This document shows positions 1-11,364 of a DNA stretch of 25,161 nucleotides, piece by piece. The stretch is from Chiloscyllium plagiosum (Eukaryota), in assembly GCF_004010195.1 (NCBI RefSeq), contig NC_057718.1, forward strand, positions 103,853,963-103,879,123. The letters are read 5' to 3'. Within the stretch, counting starts at the first letter, position 1. Every line of letters starts with the position of its first letter. A program made the translations under genes and the position numbers. The notes beneath the pieces are model-generated. The model made no database searches and was not told the origin of the DNA. It worked only from the letters and a program-made list of their open reading frames with translations.

Positions 1-107
1 AGGATGTGGCGTCAATCAAGTGAGCTGCTTTGTCATTTACTAGTACTTATCAAGGATTCTGAATTTTGATTGTGTAGTTTGATACTGCCGTATATTATCT
101 GCAGTGG

Positions 108-170
108 AACTGGTTACCTATTATACTGATATTATACTGCAGATAATATCAGTATAATAGGTAACCAGTT
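108..170. repeat. Perfect 28-bp inverted repeat with 7-nt spacer
   Basis: 108-135 aactggttacctattatactgatattat is the exact reverse complement of 143-170. Spacer is actgcag. Confidence 0.95.
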
Positions 171-509
171 ACTGACACGCAACAAACTATACCTTGTAAA
201 CTACAAGAAACTCTTCTAGTTAGACCAGGCAGTGGTTTTCCTCTCTCACCCTAGACCAAGCAAACTCTGTAGCTTCTCCTACACTTGAAGAGGATAGTAG
301 CAGCAAACATCATGAAAACAGAATAAACAATGCAGTGAGCTGGCCCTGCACATACAACATCAACTAACAGAACCAAGGGGCAAGGTCCCATCAGTTCAGT
401 GTTTCCAACTGATTGGAACCTGCAGAGATTCCAGCAGCATGCCCTATGGGGGGAGCATAAAATCACCTGGAGCAACTTCCAAATTCTGTCTTTATCTGCA
501 CTTCTGCAG

Positions 510-598
510 GATCCCGAAATTCCAGGGTTCCAGAGAGTAAACATTGACAGTATGATCCTGCATATTATCCAGGGCAAAGTCTCAGCCAATATCATTAG
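510..598 (+). CDS. Candidate internal exon, product unknown (DPEIPGFQRVNIDSMILHIIQGKVSANII-R)
   Basis: Pyrimidine-rich acceptor tctttatctgcacttctgcag|G (AG 508-509) and donor AG|GTAAGA (GT 599-600). Only one frame is open. No protein family recognised. Confidence 0.25.
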
Positions 599-1924
599 GT
601 AAGAATCTTCAAGTGAAACAGGACCCATGTGCAAGTATTCAGTCCAGGTGGGTAAAAATAATTGCAATGGTAGACTAGAACTGAGAGCACCATGGAATGT
701 GGAACTTTCACTAACCTAGTCACCTGCATGTATCCCCTGTTTGAGAGAAACATTCAATTGTCAATTTGCAGTTTTTCTTCACTGACAATCCAACAGTTAG
801 AGGGTCTCCACTAAAAGAAATGGCATCCTCATTGACATAAAAAAAACAGTCCAGCTATATGGGCTTAATTTACATGGCAGGCAAGTCTGTTTACTGTGGT
901 GGCTTGATGGAGCACACATTGCTTTTGTGTCAAAAGGCTTTGGGTTTAAGGCCCACTCCAGATACCCAGGGGTGAATTTTCCCAGTTGCTGGAGATGGGG
1001 TTGGAGGAGGAGAGAGAAAAAAATGCAAAGAATACTTCTTAGCCTTGTATTTCAAAGTGCTGCCCACCACCATCTGGTGGATGGGGGAGGTCAAGGTGAT
1101 TGGGTGCAAAGCCAGGTAACCTTGCATCTGGAATGGAATGGCAACTGAATTCATTAGCTGGGCAATTAGGAGGAATTTTGCACATAGAATCACCTTGTTC
1201 TCTACGGGGGGAGGGGGGAACTCAGTCACATGCTCTGGTTTAACACAGGAAGTTGTAAAAGGAAAGGGTACAGTGAGAGGAACTGTCCCAGAGAAATTGA
1301 CAAGCTGTGAAGGTTCTGATCAATTCCAATGGAGAGCTGCAGACATGATCAGGTGAGGGAGTGCTTTGAGGGAACTTCATGTACATAATCAGCTATATGG
1401 GAGGTACTGCACCTAACCGATACATCACCCATCTTCAGGTGCCCTTTCCTGCTGCCCTTCTGACAGACGTTTGAACATTTCATGCACTCCAGTCTCGACC
1501 TCTGCTGTGAGGTTAGGGCAGGGGCTCAGTACAGTGACATTCCACAGCCACAGCAGCATGAGGGTTAGGGTCTCATGTCAAATATATTTGCTTTGACAGG
1601 GGAGAGGGGATGGTTACCAGGAACCAGCTGCAAGGAGGCGAGCCTTCCAATGGAGGGCCTACAAGGAGAGATGTGTGATCACCGGGAGGAGCAGGCTGGT
1701 CACTGCTGACACCTCCAGCCAAGTGGCCCAGATCGCTTTCTCAGAGGAGAAGGTGGACATCTGTTAGACTTGACCGACTGGGTGGCTATCCCTAAAGCCC
1801 CACTCCCTCGATCACCTCCCCTACCTGCAAGCCCCCTTCTTCTTGTTACAACATGTACCTGTGTCTCCTGTAAGGATGCAAGATGGGAGGTGTGAAATGC
1901 TTTTGTACACAGTGTGTATACCAA

Positions 1925-2330
1925 ATAAGGCCATTCAGCCCCTTCGGGCCAGTTGCACCATCTATTACAATGAAAGCTATTCTCATCTTGGCCTCAATTC
2001 CACTTTCATAAACCTTTAACCCATTACTAACGAAAAATCTGTCTAACCCCTCCTTAAATTTACTTAATGTCCCAGCATCCATCACACTCTGGGGGTATGA
2101 ATTCCACAGACTCATGACTCTTTGAGGGAAGTGATTTCTCCTCATCTCTGTTTGAAACCTGCTACCCCTCATCCTAAAGCAATAACCTCTTGTTCGAGAT
2201 TGCCCCACAAGGGGGAACATCCACTCTATGTCTACCTTGTCAATCCCCTTTGGCATCTTATAGACCTCAATTAGATTTCCTCTCATTCTTCTAAACTTCA
2301 GCGAGTATCGGTCTAAACTATACAATGTCT
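1925..2330 (-). mobile_element. CR1-type LINE 3' fragment (ORF2 C-terminus and tail)
   Basis: ORF 1846-2349 reads YSLKFRRMRGNLIEVYKM...SRTRG...QRVMSLWNS, the typical CR1 ORF2 end. Tail aggccattcagccc. Confidence 0.9.
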
Positions 2331-4935
2331 CTGCAGGTCCTGTATCCATGTCTTCAGGGAAGACAGTGCAGAAGAGGTCCTTCAGCCCATCAAGTTTGTA
2401 CTACCAAAGATATACTACTACCTACTCTTAGAAGAAGCTCAGTGGCTGATTGACTTGGCCACTTCCCCCCAAACTGGCTGGCTCAGGGGGAGTGCCCTCT
2501 TCTTCCACACTTGCTTAACTGCAGCCCCTGGGCTTGATTGGCCAACCCCTCACTCAGCAAGAGAGACCCCGGGAACAGCCTTTCCGGGTATCCACGCCAA
2601 CAGCTTGACAGTCCGACAACCAGTGGGTTTCTTTAGAACATGCTGCAGTCCCTGTAAGCAGAAATCTTTTCTCTGAGAATACAGCCAAGCCACCCCATAG
2701 GATCATGCAAAGAAACAGATAAAGAAACAGACAAAGGGAGAACTTGAAGGCATTGGGGGATGTGTATGGGACAGGCCATTTTGTGAAATTATAATTGTAA
2801 ATTAAAACATTAAACATGAAACCCACATCAGTGTGCCTTGCTTTGGGTTCAATTAATTTTCTAAATCAAACTTTCTCAGTTTTATTAAGCCAAAAGCCTT
2901 TGTTTGACCACAGAATGACAAATTCTCATAGGAATGCAAATGGATTTATTTATTGTCACCAGAACAAATGAAGGGTTTGCACAAGAAATTGCATCAAATT
3001 CTCCCTTCCTCATCAAAAGTAATGCCAGAATATTAGCACCACAAACATCCCTGAAGCCATCAGCACTTGCAAATGAAATTGAGTGATTTATTTTTTGTGT
3101 CTGCTGCCCATTTCATTTTTTCCAAATCATGAGCTGGACGGTCTGTAATTGCAAGACTTTTATCTTAAGCTTTCTCATAAATACATTTCAGATTGTTGTT
3201 GACATGTGTAATGTGACTGGGAGATACACCAAATTTAACAAGGTCAGGAAACGTCAGGAGAGTAAAACTAACAACCCCCACATTGAGAACCGCTGTCAAA
3301 TTTCCATCACATCAAAGTCACACTAACTCCTTCAGAAAGGAAAAAGAACAACATGACTGTTACATGCAAGCAATTGTTAGGCCCAATTACCGGTTCATGA
3401 TAAGAACCAAGAAATGTTGGTCTGAGTTTTGGGGGATTAGTGGAGGAGAGTCAAAACACTAGCTTCACTGCGTCAGAGTCTGAGAAGTTCAAACCAGATT
3501 TTCCTTCCTATGATGAGGAGTTGGAAAGTTGAAGATAGGCCAAGGTGTCACTTTACTCTTGTGCTGGAGGGAGGAATGATGGTTTCAATGGTTTCGGATT
3601 TGGCTTCCAGTGGGCCTGGAATTGGCTCTCAGTCATTCCTCTCGATTGCCTGTAACGCAAACTGATTTGTTTCTTCACAGAGTAATTTATGACAGGGCCA
3701 CAATTGTGAATGTTTCATCCTCTGGGGAGGAATCTTTTAGAGAAGACATTTGATCCGTCTTTTTCCCCTTGCAATTCTCTTCTGAGTGAAATAAAGTGAG
3801 AAAGCTTGTGTCTACACTGAAATAGTGCTCTGAAGATTGGGCGAAAATTAATCATTTCTAGGCACTAATTTGAGGAAATCATAATAATTCATTCGTCCCA
3901 TTTTCCTGAGGAAAACAAGCTGTTTCCAGAGGTGCACAAGCACTGAAATTATTTCATAAAGTTTCTTTTATTACGTTGAACCCAATCATAGCCAAAACAC
4001 AAATCCTTTCTTTTTTCCATTATGATAATTTACTATTTATCTTGTGTTGCCTTCTTGACTGAAGCAATCTGACTGAACTCACACTTTTCAAATTCCAACA
4101 GTTGATGTGGAGACTTGTAACACGCAACAATGACTGTTGTTCTGAGCAGTTTTTAACATTCACTCAAGGGACATGGGCATTGCTGGGTCAGCCAGCATCT
4201 ATTGTCCGTTATATTCAAAGGAGCCTGGTGACACTGCTCCCGTGTCACCTGAGGGTCTGAGTTCAAGTTCACCTGAGCTGGAGGTCTGTCCAAATCAATT
4301 GATTAAAGGTAAAAACACAGCAAATGTCAGGGGTCAAAGCAATGCTTTCACACCATGAACAGAGTGGGGAACCCATTAATAAACAACCCAGTGCTCAGCA
4401 CCACAATGCCAAAGTTAGCCTGATCAAAGTTTCTGCAAATAGGGAGATAAAGTGTAATTCTTTCTAAGCAAGTACATCCGATTACTGTACAGTTAGGATG
4501 CTTGGTTCAGATTGGTGCTGGTCGTTTAAAATCTGGAGTTCCAAGTTTCACTGCTCCTGAGCTCTGTGATATCGTCCAGCCATATTCGATTCAATTTGAT
4601 CTATTTATTGTCACTTGTATTACAAATAGCGTGAGAAGGGCCGCCATTGTCCAGCGCCATCTTAATGTCTTCTGAAGTATCTTCACTCCTCCTACTTTGG
4701 TCTTTTTAAGTGCCTCACTTTCCATCGCTTTATCAACAATTATGCTGTCACCTGTCTAATCCCTAAACCCCACAACTCTTGTTTTCAATCTCTGTACCAC
4801 TCTATCCTCATCTGCCTCCTATCCCACTCCACCAACTTGCCAGTGCCCTGTTGGAATTCCACACCTGCCTCCACATTATTACCTCTCAGTACATTTGTAT
4901 AGGATGAGATGCTTATGAAGGAATTTTAAAGTCAG

Positions 4936-5030
4936 CAACATGCACTTATAAGAGTCTTCACCATAATAAACCATCCCAATGTGTTTCACAAGAGGATTAT
5001 AAAACAACGTGACACCAATGAGATGTGTTT
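4936..5030 (-). mobile_element. L2-type LINE 3' end (continues at about 5955 after an insertion)
   Basis: Tail-like sequence similar to 13065-13250 and collinear with the L2 ORF remnant at 6104-6337. Confidence 0.5.
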
Positions 5031-5034
5031 TTAA

Positions 5035-5952
5035 GATTCATTCATGGAATGTGAGTGTCACTGCCTGAGCCCAGTGTTTATTCCCTGTCCCGAGTTGCCC
5101 CTTGAGAAGGTGGGGGTGAGCTGCCTTCTTGAACTGCTGCAGTCCATGTTGACTCACAATGCCCTTAAGGAGGGAAGTCCAGGATTTTGACCCAGTGACA
5201 ATGAAGGAATGGCGATATATTTCCAAGGCAGGATGGGTGAGTGGCTCAGAGGGAAACTTGCAGGGGGTGGGGTTCCCATGTACCTGCTGCCCTTATCCTT
5301 CTAGATGGAAGTGGTCATGGGTTTGTAAGGTGCTGTTGAAGAAAGCTTGGTGAATTTCTTGTAGGTGGTACACATTACTGCGATTGAACAGGAGGTGAAT
5401 ATTTGTGGATGTGGTGCCAATCAAGCAGGCTGCTTTGTCCTTGATGGTGTTGAGCTTCTTGAGTGTTGTTGAAGCTGCCCCCATCCAGGCAAGTGGGGAG
5501 TCTTCCATCACACTCCTGAGTTGTGCCTTGTAGATGGTGGACAGACGTTTTGGAGTGGGGGAGTCAGGTGGTGAATTACTCATCGCAGTATTCCTAGCCT
5601 CTGACCTACTCTTATAGCCACTTTGTTTACATGGCTAGCCTAATTCAGTTTCTGGTGAATATTAACCCCCAGGATATTGATAATGGGGGAGTCTGTGATG
5701 GTAAGACCATTGAATGTCAAGGGATGATTGCTAGGTTCTATTTTGTTGGAAATGGTCGTAGCCTAACATTTGTGTCGTGTGAATGTTACTTGCCACTTGT
5801 CAGCCCAAGTCTGGATATTGTCCTGATCTTGTTGCACTTGGTTATGGGCTGCTTCAGTATCTGAGGAGTCGCGAATGGTATTGAACATTGTACAGTTATT
5901 AGTGACCATCCCCACTTCTGACCTTAGGTCATTGATAAAGTAGCTGAAGGTG
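5035..5952 (-). mobile_element. LINE 3' fragment, second CR1/L2-group family
   Basis: Minus translation TIYKAQLRSVMEDSPLAWMGAASTTLKKLNTIKDKAACLIG and SFIVTGSKSWTSL...LQQFKKAAH. Same family at 11365-12035, 22330-22430 and 24515-24876. Confidence 0.85.
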
Positions 5953-5954
5953 TT

Positions 5955-6900
5955 CAGTCAGATGACCATGTCTTGGATTTAAAGGATATTTTCAAGGAGG
6001 AACCTGAGACAGGGAGAGGTGTAGGGAGAGAATTTCTCAGCACTGTGCCATAGCAGAATGATTAAACTCAAGGATACTTGAAGCGAGAATTCCAAGAGCA
6101 CAGCTAACCTGGAGGGTGGTGGAGCTGGAGCAAGTTCAAGCAGAGATGTGACCAATGAGAGTTTAGAAACAAGGATGGAATTTTAAAATGAATGAAGGAG
6201 GCAAGGTAGGTCAGTGAGCAGAGAGTTGAAAGATAAATAACACTTGGTACCACACAAGCAGCAGAGACTTGGTTGACCTGAAGCTCACGGAAGGTAGAAC
6301 GTGGGAGACCCACAAGGACAGCCTTGGAATAGTCCAAAAAGAGGTGGGAAAGATATGGACCAGGGTTTCAGTCAAGGCTGGAGTTGGGCGTCATTGCAGA
6401 GATGAAAACTGGGGGTCCTTGCAATGTTGTGGATAAATGGTCAGAAGCTTATTGCTGCCAGAGTCAAGAGAGTATTGCTGGAAAAGCACAGCAGGTCAGA
6501 CAGCATCCGAGGAGCATGAGAATCGATGTTTCGGGCATAAGCCCTTCATCAGGCTCATTGCTACAGATGTGTTCAGCCTCAAACATGTGCTCGGAAGAGG
6601 AATGGAGACAGCATCTGGGGAATGGAGATTGTGAGGGGTAGGGGAGAGGGGAAGGTGCTGTGGACAATCTAGTCCTGGATGTGAAACAGTTAGTCTGACA
6701 GAGTTGGTGATGTGTTACTTCTGGGCTTTGTCAGTGGACATTTGGAAATTGACAGATGATGTTGTAGTGAGATAGTGTGTGGATGTGGAATAGGATAGTG
6801 GGGGGTTAGGGCACTAGTGCTGGTGCGGTGATTGAAGGATGGATTCCTCAGCAGACAACAGAGGGAACAAACAGAAATGGGTGTCAGAGCAATGTCCTTA
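5955..6900 (-). mobile_element. Old L2 LINE ORF2 remnant, interrupted at about 6457-6553
   Basis: DYSKAVLVGLPRSTFRELQVNQVSAA resembles L2 LDYxNALLxGLP...LQxxQNSAA. FQMSTDKAQ near 6720-6750 is a possible decayed FHxYADDTQ. Confidence 0.6.
6457..6553 (-). mobile_element. Short Penelope-like repeat with hammerhead core
   Basis: Minus strand CTGATGA-A-GGGC-ttat-GCCC-GAAA-CATC (6552-6525). Same family as 9732, 15412, 17363 and 23837. Possible TSD gcttattgct (6447) / gctcattgct (6553). Confidence 0.8.
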
Positions 6901-6972
6901 ACTCTCTTACTTATGACAATGACCTGACTTAGATTTGCAAACACATTATGCAAATCTTCCATGTGGACATAT

Positions 6973-7945
6973 TGTGTGTGTGTGTGAATGTGTGCGAGTG
7001 TGTGAGAGAGAGATTTTGTGTGTGTGGGTGTGTGTGTGTGTGTGGGTGTGCGTGTGTGTATGCGTGTGTGCGTGCGTGCGCACGTGCACGTGTGTGTATN
7101 NNNNNNNNNNNNNNNNNNNNNNNNNNNNNNNNNNNNNNNNNNNNNNNNNNNNNNNNNNNNNNNNNNNNNNNNNNNNNNNNNNNNNNNNNNNNNNNNNNNN
7201 NNNNNNNNNNNNNNNNNNNNNNNNNNNNNNNNNNNNNNNNNNNNNNNNNNNNNNNNNNNNNNNNNNNNNNNNNNNNNNNNNNNNNNNNNNNNNNNNNNNN
7301 NNNNNNNNNNNNNNNNNNNNNNNNNNNNNNNNNNNNNNNNNNNNNNNNNNNNNNNNNNNNNNNNNNNNNNNNNNNNNNNNNNNNNNNNNNNNNNNNNNNN
7401 NNNNNNNNNNNNNNNNNNNNNNNNNNNNNNNNNNNNNNNNNNNNNNNNNNNNNNNNNNNNNNNNNNNNNNNNNNNNNNNNNNNNNNNNNNNNNNNNNNNN
7501 NNNNNNNNNNNNNNNNNNNNNNNNNNNNNNNNNNNNNNNNNNNNNNNNNNNNNNNNNNNNNNNNNNNNNNNNNNNNNNNNNNNNNNNNNNNNNNNNNNNN
7601 NNNNNNNNNNNNNNNNNNNNNNNNNNNNNNNNNNNNNNNNNNNNNNNNNNNNNNNNNNNNNNNNNNNNNNNNNNNNNNNNNNNNNNNNNNNNNNNNNNNN
7701 NNNNNNNNNNNNNNNNNNNNNNNNNNNNNNNNNNNNNNNNNNNNNNNNNNNNNNNNNNNNNNNNNNNNNNNNNNNNNNNNNNNNNNNNNNNNNNNNNNNN
7801 NNNNNNNNNNNNNNNNNNNNNNNNNNNNNNNNNNNNNNNNNNNNNNNNNNNNNNNNNNNNNNNNNNNNNNNNNNNNNNNNGTGGCTGTGTGTGTGGGTGT
7901 GTGTAGGTGTGTGTGTGTAGGTGTGTGTGTGCGCGCACGTGTGTG
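6973..7945. repeat. (TG)n-rich microsatellite flanking an assembly gap (N 7100-7880, 781 nt)
   Basis: Directly visible. Confidence 0.98.
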
Positions 7946-9120
7946 GCATCTGCTGTGCTTTAAAGTTTTTATAGGCACTGCCCACATGACTTCCATGTCA
8001 ACCAGATGTCAGGACGACCTGACTGACTGTGGAAAGCCGAGTGCGTAAATGATGCCTCCACCTGTAGAAACAGTTGTTGCAGATTGTGCATTTCAGAATG
8101 AGACTACAATGCTCAATGTGTAAAGGCCTCATCTGTTATAAATATTATCTCAACATTTGCAACATGCTGTAATTGGATTTATCAAACACTGGTGTTTGAT
8201 TTACTGAGAAACCACATGTGGGCTGCACTTCATATTCATCAATGATGATTCGAGCTGCAGTCTTTTATCCGAGAAAATCAAGGTTTCAATTGCTTGGAGC
8301 ACCGTGAGAGCCAGCACAGTGATTAACTCGACATGTAAGTCATTATCCAAAGGCATCCCTACTGTGCTAGGTATAAAAAGAGGCAATAACATCGTAATTG
8401 GCATCAGTAGCCAACTGAGAAATTCTCTATAATTACCAGTTAAAACAAGGGTGCATGGCTTCTCATGTTCCACTGTTAGATGTCTTCACTCAGCTTCCGT
8501 TAACCCTTTGGTTCTTTGTCAAGGAGACTCTTTAAGTATGATCTTGCCTCGCCATCTGAGTGACTGCCAATTGATTTATCAATTCTGTGACTGAGGAGGA
8601 TCTCGTGCACTGCTGGACTTAAAGAGCCCTTGTGACTACTGGCGTTTTGCAAATCTATGAACAGCAGGGTCAGCTACACAGCCTCTTGAGTACATTCTGC
8701 AATTCAGTAAGATCATGGCCTGTTTGATTGCTGCTCATTCTCATCTAACCCTGATAAGATTCTCTCCATCTCCGTTTGAGGAAGAGAGTTACAAAGCCTG
8801 ATGACCATTTGTGAGGAAAGGAAATAGTTCCTCACCTCTGTCTTAAATGGACAACTTCTCATTTCTAAGCAGTCACTCCCAGGTTCCAGACTCTCCCACA
8901 AGGGATAACATCCTCTCCGCATCCACCCGGGCAAGTCCCCTCGCGACTTTATGTTTCAATCAGATCATTTCTTACTCTTTTAAACACCAGCAGGTACACG
9001 CCTGTACTGTCCAAACTTTCCTCACTAGACAATGTGCCCATTCCAGGTGTTAGTCTTGTCAGCCTTCTCTGAACTTATTCTGATGTATTAACATCCTTCA
9101 CTAAATAAGACCACCTTTGT

Positions 9121-9427
9121 TATAGAATCCCTCCAGTTTGGAAACAGGCCCTTCGGTCCAACAAGTTCACATTGACCCTCCAAAGAGTAACCCACACAGA
9201 CCCATTCCCCTATATTTACTCCAGACCAATGCACCTAAACTAAACATCCCTGAACACTACGGCCAATTCACCTAACCTAGACATCCTTGTAGGAGGAAAC
9301 TGGAGCACCCGGAGGAAACCCACGCAGACACGGGGAGAAAGTGCAAACTCCACACAAACAGATGCCTGAGACTGGAATTGACTCCAGATCCCTGGTGCTG
9401 TGAGGCCACTGAGCCACCATGCCACCA
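9121..9427 (-). mobile_element. HE1-like tRNA-derived SINE (V-SINE type)
   Basis: Head ggtggcatggtggctcagtgg...cctcacagcaccaggg, core gtctgcgtgggtttcctccgggtgctcc, tail gggattcta. Confidence 0.9.
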
Positions 9428-9731
9428 CCAATACTGCACATGTTTAAAAAGTACTGCACCAATGCCTGTATAATTGAAACATATCTTTTGTTTTTAATTC
9501 CCCTTGCAATAAATAGTTACATCCTATTTGCTTTCCTAGTTACTTGTTTGACTCATGCACATGGACTCTTAGATTCTCCTGCATCTCAGAGCTCTGTAAT
9601 CACTCATTATTTATATATTTTGCTTCTTTTTTCATTCTTCCTGCTAAATTGACAATTTCACATTTTCCATGTTCTACTCCATGTGTCAGATCTTTGGCCC
9701 CTCACCTTTAGCTGTCTATCTTCATCTTTAG

Positions 9732-10235
9732 CTGAAAATGTGTTGCTGGAAAAGCGCAGCAGGTCAGGCAGTATCCAAGGAACAGGAGAATCGACGTTTC
9801 AGGCATAAGCCCTTCTTCAGGAATGAGGAAAGTGTGCCCAGCAGGCTAAGATAAAAGGTAGGGAGGAGGGACTTGGGGGAGGGGCGTTGGAAATGCGATA
9901 GGTGGAGGGAGGTCAAGGTGAGGGTGATGAAATGCGATAGGTGGAAGGAGGTCAAGGTGAGGGTGATAGGCCGGAGTGGGCTGGGGGCGGAGAGGTCAGG
10001 AAGAAGATTGCAGGTTAGGAAGGGGGTGCTGAGTTCGAGGGATTTGACTGAGACAAGGTGGGGGGAGGGGAAATGAGGAAACTGGATAAATCTGAGTTCA
10101 TCCTTTGTGGTTGGAGGGTTCCTAGGCGGAAGATGAACGCTCTTCCTCCAGGCGTCGTGTTGCCAAGGTCTGGCGATGGAGGAGTCCAAGGACCTGCATG
10201 TCCTTGGTGGAGTGGGAGAGGGAGTTGAAGTCTTC
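9732..10235 (-). mobile_element. Penelope-like element 3' fragment (GIY-YIG C-terminus and hammerhead-bearing end)
   Basis: Minus translation FNSLSHSTKDMQVLGLLHRQTLATRRLEEER/IFRLGTLQPQRMNSD. Core CTGAAGA-A-GGGC-ttat-GCCT-GAAA-CGTC at 9820-9793. TSD atcttcatctttag at 9718 and 10236. Confidence 0.85.
9890..9967 (+). repeat. 39-bp tandem duplication (2 copies, 1 mismatch)
   Basis: gaaatgcgataggtgga(g/a)ggaggtcaaggtgagggtgat at 9890-9928 and 9929-9967. Confidence 0.95.
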
Positions 10236-10514
10236 ATCTTCATCTTTAGGCTCTTATGTCCTCTTCACAATTTGCTGTCCTACATATTTTTGTGTGGTCA
10301 GCAAATTTAGCAAAACGTACATTCAGTCTCATCATCCAAGTCATTTGAACCCTGTGGCTCACTATTTGTTACCCCTTGTCAACTCAAAAAAAAGGCCCAT
10401 TTATTTCCACTGTCTGTTTCCTGTTAGCTAAGCAATCTTCCATCCATGCCATGATGAAGATCCATGATACATTATTATTATTTGTGAATATATGTTTTAA
10501 AGTGCTTTCAACTG

Positions 10515-10635
10515 AAGGGTTCTGAAGAAAGATCACTGGACTCGAAACGTTAACTCTGTTTCTCTCTCCACTTTTGCTGCCAGACCTGCTGAGTTCCTGC
10601 AGCGATTGCTACTTTCAGATCGCCAGAATCGACAG
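10515..10635 (+). mobile_element. Short Penelope-like repeat, second family, with hammerhead core
   Basis: gggtt-CTGAAGA-A-agatcactggactc-GAAA-CGTT-aactc, followed by tgctgccagacctgctgag, which resembles the downstream part of the first family. Confidence 0.7.
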
Positions 10636-11144
10636 GTCTTTATACCAATATCTTACCCGCTACATCATGAGTTTTTATTTTCTGCACAACCCTTTGAAGT
10701 GACAACTTACCAAACACATATAGAAACCTAAGTACTGCACGTTCACCAGTTCTCCTTCGTCCTCGGCACCTGGTACTTCCTTAAAGAACTCAAGTAAATT
10801 GGTTAGACATATCTTCCCTTTCACAAAACCACGGTGAGTCGTCCCGATTCCTTTGAACTTTTCCAAGTAAATCTGCTACAACATCTTTAATAACAGTTTG
10901 TAACACCTTTCCATCGACAGATATTAAACTGAGTGGCCTTTCCTGCTTTCTGTCTCCTTCCAATTTTGAACAAAACAATTATATTCACTATTTTCCAATT
11001 TCATGGAACTTTCCTTCACTTTTCTCAACTTGAAGAAGGATAATAATAGAGGGGCAAAGCAAGGGTGGGAAGTCCCCTTACCAATGGGGTAGGGTGCACT
11101 GGAGTGGGGTTGGCCATCAGACTGGCACAGGAAAGAGAAGGACT

Positions 11145-11310
11145 GGCATTTATATACCACTTCTCCCACAAGCTCAGGACATTACAAAACCTACTGCAGC
11201 TACTAGAACACTTTGAAGCACAATCTGTACACAGGAAGATCCCAGAACTGGCAAGGTGATAGGAACCAGGATGTCATTTATTTTGGGGTTAGTATTGACT
11301 GGGACAAGAG
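11145..11310 (-). mobile_element. Degenerate DeuSINE (SacSINE1-like) 3' part
   Basis: Recalled similarity to the shark DeuSINE 3' region, and resemblance to 24255-24470. Confidence 0.4.
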
Positions 11311-11364
11311 TGTTTCTGTTTTCTATATACCGAAAAATAACCTTACACACAATCACCAAATTTC

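Larger units (their letters stand above)
8740..11035 (-). mobile_element. Old fragmented CR1-type LINE with three nested insertions
   Basis: Minus translations RPLSLISVDGKVLQTVIKD, HRGFVKGKICLTNLLEFFKEV and FKTEVRNYFLS...RLCNSLPQ occur in collinear order. Confidence 0.75.

Noticed and set aside
251..667. 138-aa minus-strand ORF
   Set aside because: No recognisable domain or splice support. The opposite-strand exon candidate is better supported.
960..2680. GC-richer blocks (960-1900, 2430-2680) that might be a decayed PIF/Harbinger element
   Set aside because: No matching TIR pair or convincing transposase motif could be established by eye.
6690..8048. Six long ORFs of 300-431 aa
   Set aside because: Artefacts of the (TG)n tract and the 781-N gap.
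9861..9884. G-quadruplex-like motif (also about 12859-12881)
   Set aside because: Intrinsic to the PLE and HE1 repeat sequences, with no locus-specific evidence.
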